Origin: Eledone cirrhosa
Lineage: Eukaryota
DNA: 64,000 nucleotides
Direction: 5' to 3'
NCBI GenBank assembly: GCA_964016885.1
Contig: OZ024746.1
Location: 32,116,001-32,180,000, forward strand
In this document: positions 55,501 to 63,718 of the stretch, piece by piece
Layout: every line of letters begins with the position of its first letter
Position numbering within the stretch: position 1 is the stretch's first letter
Notes under the pieces: generated by a model
Told to the model about the DNA's origin: nothing
Seen by the model: only the letters and a program-made list of their open reading frames with translations
The model's database searches: none
Made by a program: the position numbers and the translations under genes

Positions 55501-58128
55501 TAAACATTTGCAGTATTAAAGACTAATTTCTCATGTTTTGCAGTTATAGTGCTGCTTTGTACTTTTCAAAAATGTCTTGTTAATGTGGTACAGGATGTTA
55601 AGAGTTAAAGTTCATAGACTGGAAGAAGAAACTTTTATACTTAATGGTTATATATATATATATTTATATATATAGCATTTATATAACATTTGAGAAAAAG
55701 AAGCAAAGAATATTTGCATTTTTTTAATGTCAACTGTCCCTCTCTCCCACCCTATGTATGTGTGTTCTGTCATTTCAACACCCTCTACATTGTGTTGAGT
55801 GAGAGAGAGAGAGAGAGAAAAGCAGAATAATAACAATAATATTAATAATAATAAACAATAATATCAAACTACACCAGAAATATTCTTAGAATAGCAATAG
55901 CATTGTACTTTAAGAAAAGAATTAATTAAAATTTTCTCTCCGTTTTGTCAGAAAGAAGGAGAAAATTTAGCCAGATAAACATTAAAGAAATGAGCTTTGG
56001 GAATGAAACTAAAATGCTGTGAAAATAAATATCAGATATCTAATGAGAAATTACAATAATTAGAACAAAATAATAACATTGTAATTAATAAATCAAATGA
56101 CCTTTTGATAAATCTTTTGTTTTAAGATCACAAACACTTCCTGTAATCTCCATAAATCTCTATTGGTGGAAATGACACAAATGATTTATTTTATTGACCC
56201 TGTAAGGATGAAAAGCAAACCTTGGTGGGATTTGAATTCAGATCATAAAGGGCCGTAACTATGCTGCAAAGCATAGTGTCCGACCCTCAACTGATACGGC
56301 CAATCCACCACCTTAGTTAATAATTGTTTCTACTATTGGCACAAGGCCAGCAATTACCCAGTACATTACTGGTACTTTATTTTATCGACCCCGTAAGGAT
56401 GAAAGGCAAAGTTAACCTCGGCAGGATTTGAACTCAGAATGGCAAGGACCGTAACTATGCGTCAAAGCATGGCGTCCGACCCTCTACCGATACTGCCAAA
56501 GTTAATAATGGTTTCTGATTAAAGCACAAGGCCAACAATTTTTTTTTGGGGGGGGGGGGTCGATTAAATCGACAGCAGTACATACATTACTGGTGCTATA
56601 TTTTATCTACCCTATAAGGATGAAAGGCAAAGCTAACCTCACCTTTGCTAATAATAATTTTCTTTCATTATACATCATTCAGGCTCTATGACTCATACAA
56701 GTAAATTTATGACTTATACAGGTAAATCAGGTAACATTTACTTTCATTTCATTTTACATTATTGTTGAATGTAGCCAACTGTTTGTATGGGCATTGCCAG
56801 AAGTATCTGTGATACTTAAATCTAAAGATTACCAACACCTTGATTAAAAATATCAACAATATTTATTTAGTTGATAGCAAAGAAGTCTGGAAGAAGAGAA
56901 CTCAATTTCCAAATGGTACCCAGCTGCTATAGAAAAATAAAATCTATCTTTTAGAGAAATAAAACTGACAATGACACTACAAACAGTGAAAATAATACAT
57001 TTATGAGTTGGTGGTGCTCCAGCATGGTTTCGTTTTAATACTAAAAGAGAAAAAACAAAACATTTTGAGTTATTAATGTGCTGTGGCCAATAAAAAAAAT
57101 AAGGTGGTGCCACAGTATGTCCACAATCTGATGACTGAAACCAGTATAAGAATAATGTGGTGCTCCAGCATGGTCACAGTCTAATGACTGAGACCAATAA
57201 AAGAACAAAAGGGCAAATTATATTATTTATAGAATTTTTCAGGTTTTTTACACCAAAAAAATTCTACCAAAGTTGAAGAGAGGGGGGGGGGGGTGAGAAA
57301 GGGACAGATAGAGATATGAGAATGAGAAACTGGATTGGTTACCTTGGAAACAGAATATAGAGAGGGGAAGGGTGGAGGTTGGGTGTAAAATGGGGGGGGG
57401 GGGGTAAAAACTGGCAATAGATTGATGATATGCTTTACTTACTTTCTCAGTACTGCCCTGTTTTATCAACCAGCCTTGCTTCATGTACATCATATCCTGG
57501 GAAGAGATAAAATAATGTTTAGTTTAGTAGTGGTGGGTTGATGGGATATAGGAGAGGATGATGGGAATAGTTAGTAAAGAGAAATGATGGAGAGGTACAG
57601 TAGGAATGGGTCTAAAGTCATATTTGCTACATGGTGGCACTACAGAAAATGCTTTAGGGTAAGGATCTCAAATTCAAAGACTTAAAAGGGCCATTACATC
57701 CTGGGGGAGAGGCACAGTGGGCCAAAAGTAAAATGAGGGTGACGTAATTACCATCAGTTATAATGCTAATCTTCAATACAGCTGATAGGTTGCTATTTAT
57801 TTATTTCATCAAATTAAATACACATATGATAGTAAGTGGGATATGTTTATTAATACAAAATGAAGGAGGACAAAATTTCCTTTTCAAATTTTCCTTAATT
57901 TTATTATTACTTTTGGTAAATTCTCTTTATTTCCATTTCCATTTTTAATGTATTCCGGGGTTTTTTTCCCCCCATTTTGTTGTATGTCATTGGTAAATTG
58001 CAATAAATTGCATTATAAATGTTATTAAAACAGGGAAAGCAAAAGTAAGTTGATATTACCTCAATCTTTCTCTCTGGTTTCATTTCTTTTTGTTTTGATA
58101 CAGAATTCATTTCGGAAGATTTGGCCAT
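5048..58128 (-). CDS. MPRIP: MPRIP/TRIOBP/outspread-like PH-domain coiled-coil protein; span of 17 coding exons, probably 5'-incomplete
   Basis: Spliced translation gives a PH domain (KQGWLIKQGSTEK|EWRKHWFVL...RNYGFCIK|NQNGEYVLTAMTSGLRKNWMQAI), long coiled coils, and C-terminal motifs ALESMRKAY, SKCED, MIRMKDSDLQ and DIRRSKSSP. These resemble my recollection of MPRIP (AIEAMKNAH, SQKCLE, LLRVKESEIQ, DIMKSKSNP). All introns are GT-AG and phases match. Confidence 0.88.
5517..5853 (+). mobile_element. tRNA-derived SINE, family A
   Basis: A-box TGGCTTAGTGG, B-box GAGTTCAATTC; near-identical to 8463-8807 and 20180-20546. Confidence 0.9.
5858..6198 (-). mobile_element. 5'-truncated LINE 3' fragment
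   Basis: MLRMALN...ELYGSLPKVS...RRLRLAGH...RRGRLRLTYIDAL...MRDRDCWRELV. Confidence 0.8.
6458..6571 (-). CDS. MPRIP: coding exon (VPSFHHRARSPSP...YQHK)
   Basis: Acceptor ttgcag, donor AAAG|gtttg, 114 nt, phase 1/1. Confidence 0.85.
6832..6991 (-). CDS. MPRIP: coding exon (EHKQMITQYLMSKK...PVRR)
   Basis: Acceptor ctgtag, donor G|gtaaa, 160 nt. Confidence 0.85.
7351..7437 (-). CDS. MPRIP: coding exon (IMIRMKDSDLQKLKSQ...RITE)
   Basis: Acceptor ttttag, donor GAG|gtacg, 87 nt. Confidence 0.88.
8166..8292 (-). CDS. MPRIP: coding exon (NKQLGNLLDGEIAELK...DLYEAQ)
   Basis: Acceptor gtttcag, donor CAG|gtagg, 127 nt. Confidence 0.9.
8463..8807 (+). mobile_element. tRNA-derived SINE, family A, inserted in a TTAA MITE
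   Basis: Same body as 5517-5853, (ATG)n tail, flanking atgcttc duplication. Confidence 0.9.
8953..9096 (-). CDS. MPRIP: coding exon (LETSRLQEELK...YVSKCEDY...KILN)
   Basis: Acceptor aacag, donor gtaag, 144 nt, phase 2/2. Confidence 0.9.
10147..10267 (-). CDS. MPRIP: coding exon (ALESMRKAYDDDLDREK...RNRH)
   Basis: Acceptor tttcag, donor gtaag, 121 nt. Confidence 0.9.
10362..10576. mobile_element. TTAA-ended (piggyBac-like) MITE
   Basis: ttaaccctt ... aagggttaa; internal sequence matches 5302-5500. Confidence 0.75.
10603..11122 (+). mobile_element. internally deleted mariner (Tc1/mariner) remnant
   Basis: Frameshifted translation LFHQDDAP...CGFELVHH..YSPDLAPSD (mariner motifs); imperfect TIRs gctgaaaagttcatagg / cctgtgaatttttcagc. 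Confidence 0.85.
11226..11298 (-). CDS. MPRIP: coding exon (GDQMANATEEE...EIKA)
   Basis: Acceptor ctccag, donor G|gtcagt, 73 nt; phase 1 matches the next exon. Confidence 0.8.
11390..11690 (-). mobile_element. highly degenerate RTE 3' fragment
   Basis: Reverse complement resembles 39590-39850 by eye. Confidence 0.5.
12015..12140 (-). CDS. MPRIP: coding exon (HNEVVIPED...SPVVQ)
   Basis: Acceptor tttccag, donor CAG|gtaat, 126 nt. Confidence 0.75.
12399..12488 (-). CDS. MPRIP: coding exon (TLVDEIKSK...LQTSS)
   Basis: Acceptor ttttgtag, donor TCT|gtaag, 90 nt. Confidence 0.85.
13066..17268 (-). CDS. MPRIP: giant coding exon, 1401 codons, coiled coil
   Basis: Acceptor ttttgtttag, donor AAT|gtaag, 4203 nt open; overlaps nearly all of ORF 13039..17178. 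Confidence 0.93.
18983..19485. repeat. imperfect (GGT)n trinucleotide tracts
   Basis: Direct inspection; source of the spurious poly-T/P/V ORFs. Confidence 0.95.
20180..20546 (-). mobile_element. tRNA-derived SINE, family A, with internal duplication
   Basis: Reverse complement of 5517-5853; the ttacagtg..gctgggtgctttttt segment is duplicated. Confidence 0.9.
21203..21566. mobile_element. two SINE-B copies head-to-head
   Basis: 21203-21355 on -, 21368-21566 on +; the heads meet at ccgatactgccaat / attggcagtatcgg. Confidence 0.85.
22987..23180 (+). mobile_element. SINE family B
   Basis: Similarity to 59808-59993. Confidence 0.8.
24047..24244 (-). CDS. MPRIP: coding exon (VETLQKRLEHTAEEL...LSAPQ)
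   Basis: Acceptor cttcag, donor CAG|gtac, 198 nt; heptad pattern. Confidence 0.85.
24268..24495. repeat. degenerate ~30-bp repeat (catctggagcaac) next to an exon acceptor
   Basis: Core recurs about 7 times. Confidence 0.8.
25573..25692 (+). mobile_element. SINE family B, 5'-truncated
   Basis: Starts at the B-box; flanked by duplicated attattgctactactaatacta. Confidence 0.85.
27758..27943 (-). mobile_element. SINE family B
   Basis: Reverse complement of the reference; flanked by duplicated tctctttacattcataat. Confidence 0.9.
28413..28632. repeat. 66-bp tandem repeat, about 3.3 copies
   Basis: cagaaact at 28413, 28479, 28545, 28611. Confidence 0.95.
28920..29115. repeat. 29-bp G-rich minisatellite, about 6-7 copies
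   Basis: gtggctgggtggttaaggtaggtgtatgt. Confidence 0.95.
29761..29862 (-). CDS. MPRIP: coding exon (EHNVSPFL...GDGMLVDLLETE)
   Basis: Acceptor gttatag, donor GAG|gtaat, 102 nt, open; runs into the coiled coil of the next exon. Confidence 0.8.
29918..30420. repeat. 32-bp minisatellite, about 16 copies, with a 64-bp higher-order dimer
   Basis: Alternating units tagttgatgaaataatattttatatcatatct and tagttggtgaaataatactctatattatatct. Confidence 0.97.
30865..30931 (-). ncRNA. minimal type-I hammerhead ribozyme motif (Penelope-like)
   Basis: UAUUUUAU-CUGAUGA-stem II (GUACUG/CAGUAC)-GAAA-UAUGUA-UA-AUAAAAUA; 8-bp stem I. Confidence 0.7.
31011..31077 (+). ncRNA. minimal type-I hammerhead ribozyme motif (inverted copy)
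   Basis: tattttat CTGATGA ggacatactg...cagtacctct GAAA tatgta TA ataaaata. Confidence 0.68.
31201..31880. repeat. 680-bp near-perfect palindrome
   Basis: Centre 31540/31541 with no spacer; mirror ORFs 31047..31385(-) and 31696..31953(+) differ at few residues over their shared part. Confidence 0.97.
36170..36440. mobile_element. degenerate tandem plus inverted repeat units with decayed hammerhead-like cores
   Basis: Three related units of CTGAAGAT..ccagarggta..acaactg...TTGT...aaccacgatgagga (one 5'-truncated): two on - (about 36170-36335), one on + (about 36365-36440). Confidence 0.55.
37922..38037. repeat. 116-bp GC-rich palindrome
   Basis: Centre CTAA|TTAG at 37979/37980; 2 mismatches; follows (TA)n. 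Confidence 0.97.
38500..39930 (+). mobile_element. degenerate RTE-clade LINE (endonuclease start plus RT), with internal deletions
   Basis: IDVCCVQEARW, MQFG...KSTTDALF, GVHQG, LLYADDL, SKGLKVN; stops and frameshifts. Confidence 0.88.
41447..42082 (-). CDS. MPRIP: coding exon, PH C-terminal helix plus Ser-rich linker
   Basis: Acceptor tttcag, donor TTG|gtaag, 636 nt; LTAMTSGLRKNWMQAI motif; overlaps ORF 41423..42064. Confidence 0.93.
42661..43390. repeat. about 80-bp minisatellite, about 9 copies
   Basis: tacatgttagtgttgatgttggtgtgacagcaatgatg...(ggt)n; unit length varies with the (GGT)n count. Confidence 0.97.
43481..43642 (-). CDS. MPRIP: coding exon, PH domain core (EWRKHWFVLDANSLRYFKD...RNYGFCIK)
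   Basis: Acceptor ttctacag, donor AAG|gtaag, 162 nt; typical PH sequence; absent from the ORF track. Confidence 0.95.
43768..45050 (-). mobile_element. cluster of about 6 SINE-B copies of different ages plus a TTAA MITE (43976-44197)
   Basis: Repeated aggatgaaaggcaaagttgacctc...gatttgaactcagaa units, all in the same orientation. Confidence 0.85.
47113..47300 (-). mobile_element. SINE family B inserted in a MITE
   Basis: Reverse complement of the reference; MITE sequence resumes after it. Confidence 0.9.
50040..50730 (-). mobile_element. cluster of about 4 SINE-B copies
   Basis: Tandem same-orientation copies, partly truncated. Confidence 0.85.
51461..51652 (-). mobile_element. SINE family B inserted in a MITE
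   Basis: Target-site duplication cttacataaaatg on both sides. Confidence 0.9.
52010..52455. repeat. degenerate minisatellite (gacatctgtaagyaact core)
   Basis: catctgtaa core recurs more than 10 times. Confidence 0.85.
52951..52977 (-). CDS. candidate 27-nt alternative microexon (ASIMSSGDV) within the PH domain
   Basis: Very long pyrimidine tract ending ttttcaag, donor GTA|gtaagc, frame-preserving phase 0/0, no stop. Confidence 0.55.
54507..54698 (-). mobile_element. SINE family B
   Basis: Target-site duplication tatcaacataat. Confidence 0.9.
55400..55608. mobile_element. TTAA-ended MITE family 3; partial relatives at about 1626-1820 and 54915-55040
   Basis: TIR ttaactcttaacat / atgttaagagttaa. 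Confidence 0.75.
56185..56640 (-). mobile_element. three tandem SINE-B copies
   Basis: Same orientation; the middle copy 56320-56498 is best preserved. Confidence 0.85.
57443..57496 (-). CDS. MPRIP: coding exon, PH domain start (DMMYMKQGWLIKQGSTEK)
   Basis: Acceptor tcttcccag, donor AAA|gtaag, 54 nt; KxGWL PH beta1 motif. Confidence 0.9.
58060..58128 (-). CDS. MPRIP: coding exon (MAKSSEMNSVSKQKEMKPERKIE)
   Basis: Acceptor cttttacag, donor GAG|gtaat, 69 nt, in phase 0 with the next exon. Confidence 0.7.
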
Positions 58129-58179
58129 CTGTAAAAGGAAAGAAACATATATTACAACTTTGACATCATATTTTGCAAA

Positions 58180-58432
58180 TTAACCCTTTCCTTACCATAT
58201 TTCTACTAAAAGGCATTTCCTAAGATTTACAGTTGATTTTACAAATAATGAAAAATTTGGAGAATTTAGTAATATAAAACCTCATTTATTAAACTAGCAT
58301 TTGGAATATACCTTAAAGGTTCTTACATAAAAATCACGATGGAATCTTTTTAGATCAATATAAACATTAAAACAAACAGGTTTTATCATAGCAGTAGGGT
58401 AGTTTCAGGTAGTTTGAGATCAAAAGGGTTAA
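58180..58432. mobile_element. TTAA-ended MITE family 2; relatives near 3060-3307, 8390-8920, 12680-12824, 34020-34590, 35630-36022, 43976-44197, 50780-51750
   Basis: TIR ttaaccctttccttacca / atcaaaagggttaa; shared aagaattt..agggattta and ggttcttayataaaat motifs. Confidence 0.75.
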
Positions 58433-58462
58433 GTTGTAATTGAAACAAAGGTTCTTACATAA

Positions 58463-58850
58463 AATAATTGTTTCTACTTTAGGCACAAGGCCAGCAATTA
58501 TCCCAGTGTATTACTGGTACTTTATTTTATCGACCCCGTAACGATGAAAGGCAGAGTTAACCTCGGCGGGATTTGAACTCAATCCGTAAAGGGACGTAAC
58601 TGTGCTGCAAAGCATGACGTCCGACCCTCTACCGATACTGCCAATCCACCAATGATTTCTAATTTAGGCACAAGGCACATTTTAGAAGAGGGGAAAGTCA
58701 ATTAAATCCCAGTGCATTACAGGAACTTTATTTTATCGACCCCATAAGGATGAAAGGCAAAGCTTAACCTCGGCAAGATTTGAACTCAGAACGTAAAGGG
58801 CCATAACTATATGTCGCAAAGCATGTTGTCCAATACTCTACCGATTTTAA
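58463..58850 (-). mobile_element. two tandem SINE-B copies
   Basis: 58463-58650 and 58652-58850. Confidence 0.85.
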
Positions 58851-59807
58851 TCAGTGCAGATGAGGGCAGGGCACAGGACTTCAAGATGAGGCCTGTAATA
58901 TACCATCAAATCAAGTTGCCAACCAAGGTGAGGGGCAGGATACAGAACTTCAGAATGGGACATATGTACTATAAATCAAATTGCCGGAACTTGCACAACC
59001 AGTCGATCTTGGCGTAAGGGTCACAACACTTTGGGCCTTTGATTTCTAACTTAGGCACCAAGCCAACAATTTGTGGAGACAGGAAAGTGTATTACATTCA
59101 CCCTATTACGTGACTGGTACTTTATTTTATCAACAAAGGAAGGATGAAAGGCAAAGGTGATCTCAGCATGAGATATTCATGAAATATGAATACTTTAAAA
59201 CAAAGGTTTGTACTATAGAACCAGAGGCAGTTTCCTGTAGTTGGGTATCAAAAGAGTTAAGTCTTCTTTAGGATATAGCAAGGAATATGATGTGTTTGAT
59301 CATTATTAGACATTGTTTATTAACAGTTTATGTTGTTAATGAGCGGGTTCAGTAGAAGTGGCAACATGGTTTCAATCTTTGGGCCCCTAGCTCCTTGTGA
59401 AGTCATAGGGGCATGGTCATGGACATATAATCCATATGAAACCCATTACTCTTAGCCAATTTCTTGCAAAGAAAATAGAATATGAAAGAGAGAGGTGTGT
59501 GTGAAGGAAAGTGAGGAAGAGAGACATACCTCAATAGAGTGAGAGAGAGAGGGGTGAAGGAAAGTGACAAAGCGATATAGCCAGAGAGAGAGAGGGGGGT
59601 GAAGGAAAGTGACAAAGCGATATAGCCAGAGAGAGAGAAGGAAAGTGTGGAAGAAATATAAACCTCAGAGCATGACTGGTACTTAATCTTGAAAAGGTGA
59701 AAGGCAAAAATTGACCTCAACGAGATTTGAACAGAGTACAGAGATCCAGAACAAATGGATTCTATATGAAACCCTAACAACTAAATAACTTTACTGATTA
59801 TTATTTT

Positions 59808-59993
59808 GTGGATTGGCAGTATCGGTAGAGGGTCGGACGCCATGCTTTCCAGCATAGTTACGTCCCTTTACGATCTGAGTTCAAATCGCGCCGAGGTTGA
59901 CTTTGCCTTTCATCCTTACGGGGTCGATAAAATAAAGTACCAGTAATGCACTGGGTAATTGCTGGCCTTGTGCCTAAAGTAGAAACAATTATT
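59808..59993 (+). mobile_element. SINE family B, full-length reference copy
   Basis: TGGCAGTATCGG A-box-like, GAGTTCAAATC B-box, body ...gtcgataaaataaagtaccag..., ATT tail; more than 20 related copies in the window. Confidence 0.9.
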
Positions 59994-60569
59994 TTGACTA
60001 CTTCTATAAAACTGAAGAGGATTATTATATAATAACTAACAACACCACTACTACCAACAACACCAGCGCTAACACACCATCAACCCCGTTGACACCTCCA
60101 CCACTACTATTATCACCACCATCAACAAGAAAGTGTTCTATATTTAATAAGCAGAACATAACTGAAATATTTAATAAGTCATCAAATTAGACAGAATGAG
60201 GTTGGTTGATAACTTTTCAGAAAGCTGGCATGTTTTGAAGGATTAATAATACCCCCACTAGATGGGCCTGCACACACCTATATATACACAGAGTGTGTGT
60301 GTGTGTATATATATATATATACACACACACACATCTATATATACACACCATAAATAATATATATTATATGTATACACACATACATACACCTGCACACTGA
60401 CTAACATGCACCAGCACACTTCACGCAGATAGACATAACCTTTTAAGCTTGACAAAACAAGAGCCGTTTAGTAATAAAAGTACAAAACTATCAGATAAGA
60501 TGGAGACTAATTTAAGATAATTTCTAAATTGGAATTGTGTTCCATATTAAGTAAAACAATGGGCAGTTT

Positions 60570-60810
60570 TCCTAGACTAGGGAGACAGATCTGGAGTAAG
60601 AGGACAGAGATGGCAAAGACAAGCAGGTCTGGAGTAGGAAGACAGAGGGGGCAAATGTGCATCAGAGATCTGGTGTGTGAGACAAGGGTGACAGAGTGTA
60701 CTAGACTTGGTTTAGGGAGACAGGGGAGGAAAAGTGTAGCAGATCTTGTGTAGGGAGGCAGATGTGGTAGAGAGTGTACTAGATCTGGAGTAGGGAGACA
60801 AACTCTGGAG
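60570..60810. repeat. degenerate repeat (agatctggagtagggagaca core)
   Basis: Core recurs about 6 times; explains ORF 60507..61013. Confidence 0.7.
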
Positions 60811-61882
60811 AAAAAATGCCTTTGAAAATCTGGAGGTATTTTTACTGAGTTGTTAATGTAAATGGTTTGTTGGAGGAGGATAAAGAATGGGAAGTCTGAG
60901 GGATAGATACAGCAAGTGAGAGGGAGGAGACAGAGAAAGAGATAGTAAGAGTACACACACACATATATATATATATATGCACACACACACACACATATAT
61001 ATATAAGCCACATATAAGTGAACGGTCCTAACTATGTATAAATCAATAAAGACCTTAATGTGAAACTGTTTTGTTTTGTTTTGTTTTATCTATATATATA
61101 TATATACACACACACATACATATATATATATAGAGAGAGATATAGAGATAGATAAAACATCAGCCATTCTTTTATTAGTTTCAGTCATTAGACCGTGACT
61201 ATGGGGGAATTTTAGTAGATCATCTCAACCTCAGTATCAATTTTTCAACTCTCGTACTTTTTTGTCAAAACAGAGAGACACATATTATACAGCTGTTCCG
61301 TGTACATACATATATATGTGTACACATACATATATATATATATGCACCATTCTGCTCTGAGGATACAGTGGTCACAGCATTGGATATTTGAGTTCTGTAA
61401 ATACTTGTAAATTTGCACATAGCATAACTAGGCTGTAGTACCACCGTGGAAACATTTGTAAGCACACGGAATAAATTACCTTTTTATGATGTCTACCTGT
61501 TATTATTCATTCTTTATATATATATATATATATATATTAAGAAAAACGATGAAGTTTTGTTTACATGTATTTAGTTTTTTATTGTGTACTGTTTATTTTT
61601 TTCCTGTTACACACGTTTCGCCGAGGATTGGCTCAGGGTCACCCATAGAACCATAGAAATTATGGATTCGATTCCCTTATCTATCTGCTTTTCAGACTGG
61701 CGATCCAACAAAAGATAGTGTTTCACTGAATCACATACACTATACACACACATATATATACACATATACATATATACATATCAGATATATATAATATTGG
61801 GTACGAATCGAAGTTATCTATATATATATATATATATATACAATATATTAATAAATGGAAGCTATATTTATAAAACCATAAT

Positions 61883-61947
61883 TATTTTATTATATATATT
61901 TCAAGGGCGACAAGGTAAATTGTGGTGCGCTTTCATCAGATAAAATA
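61883..61947 (-). ncRNA. minimal type-I hammerhead ribozyme motif, same family as 30865-30931
   Basis: tattttat CTGATGA aag...ctt GAAA tatata TA ataaaata; identical stem I, different stem II, palindromic stem III. Confidence 0.7.
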
Positions 61948-62132
61948 CAGATTTGTTTTATAAATAAATATTGACATACCCGGAAAAAAGACAACCTCAA
62001 CGGTTGAAATTCGCTGGATAGTCATAAAAATTTGGATAGGTATAAAAATGTTTAAGCTTGTTGAATCCCAACAAATTAAATATAACCTCTGCATATATAT
62101 ATATATATATAATATTGGGCACGAATCGAAGT

Positions 62133-62186
<54 letters not shown>

Positions 62187-62319
62187 CAGGAGGTTAAATT
62201 AAGTGTAAGAATTTGCAGGAGCTGGTGAAGTAATGCACTAGTTTCAGCATTTGGTAATCATAAGAAGGAGGGAAATGTAAAATCTAAACTCATTATCTTC
62301 AATTCAGTATTTGTGACAA

Positions 62320-62745
62320 CCCTTACCTATAGTCATGAATCTTCGGTAATGAATGAAAGAAAAGGATCGCGAATGCAAGCAGCCGAAATGGGGTTCTTCC
62401 GAAGGGTCTTTGGGGGTAATGTTACTCAATAGAATGCGTAGTTCGGAGATTAGAGAATCACTCCAAATAGAGCCGCTACTTCTCTGAATTGAGAGATCAC
62501 AGCTCCGGTACCATAGGCATGTAGTTAGAATGTCTCAGAAAGAATCACTGGACAGATTTTACAGGCAAAACCAACTGGCAAGAGACCCAGTGGTAGATCG
62601 CCGAGATGGTTGGATAACATCCATGAGCTTTGCTGGTCTCACTTGGGGATCGAGTCGGATAAGTTGGAGACAGTTGTTTCTGTCAGGACACGTTCGAAGG
62701 AGTTTTGAAAACTCTTCCTCTACGACTTTCTCAGAGGTGAGTGGG
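62320..62745 (+). mobile_element. LINE 3' fragment (RTE-like)
   Basis: RMQAAEMGFFRRV...RMRSSEIRESLQIEPLLL.IERSQLR...HVVRM. Confidence 0.8.
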
Positions 62746-62924
62746 CGAAGAAGAAATATGTGTGTGTGTGTGTGTGTGTGTATATAGGTGTGTCTGTACA
62801 TGTAGGTATGTTATGTGTGCATAGATATACACACACACATGCATGTATGTATGTATCCTTGTCTGTAAGTGTTTATGTCTCATAACTTAGGCTTCAACAA
62901 ACAACAATTGATAAAGTACCAGAC

Positions 62925-62960
<36 letters not shown>

Positions 62961-63079
62961 GTTCTGGGGTCCATATGTTTAAAACAAATGAAACATGTAA
63001 TGTGTGTGTGTGTGTGTGTATCTATGCACACATACATAGACACACACATATATATAAACACACACACACACACAACACT

Positions 63080-63297
63080 ACCTTACAAACTGCACATACG
63101 GGTACATTACTGGCTCACCTATCTCTCTGTAATATTCACTATAACAAAACAGTACACCAGTTACTGACGTGTGTGTGTGTGTGTGTATATATATACACAC
63201 ACACACGCGTCAGTAACTGGTATACTGTTTTGTTATAGTGAATATTACAGAGAGATAGGTGAGCCAGTAATGTACCCGTGTGTGCAGTTTGTAAGGT
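63080..63297. repeat. fold-back inverted repeat around a (TG)n(TA)n(CA)n centre
   Basis: Unique arms of about 90 bp with 3 transition mismatches. Confidence 0.95.
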
Positions 63298-63679
63298 TGT
63301 GTGTGCGTGTCTGTGTGTATATATATATATATACACACACACACATATACACACATACATACACACACACATTATATATATATATATATATATATTATAA
63401 TAGGTGATCACTGGTCAAGTGGCTAAGGGTCCAGGAAAAGTGCTCAATTTCAGGGGTGGAGGTATATTGATAGTCTGCCGTACTGGGGACCCGAGAAGAC
63501 CACAAATCAGAGTAGTACTTATCAAGTACTTGTATATACATACATAATATATATATATATATATATACATACATACATACATACATACATAATATACATG
63601 TATACATACATAATATATATAAAAATTAATATACATAAAAATACATAAAAATTGCAAACTCGACTGTCACCACATATTA

Positions 63680-63718
63680 TGAACCTGAAGATTGCGAAAG
63701 CATGAAAGTACTTGTTCA
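63680..63718 (+). ncRNA. minimal type-I hammerhead ribozyme motif, second family
   Basis: tgaac CTGAAGA t tgc-gaaa-gca t GAAA gtac TT gttca: 5-bp stem I, GNRA-capped stem II, palindromic GUAC stem III. Confidence 0.7.

Noticed and set aside
60507-61013. 168-aa minus-strand ORF as an upstream exon
   Set aside because: Made of a microsatellite and a degenerate tandem repeat; no family motifs or convincing splice sites
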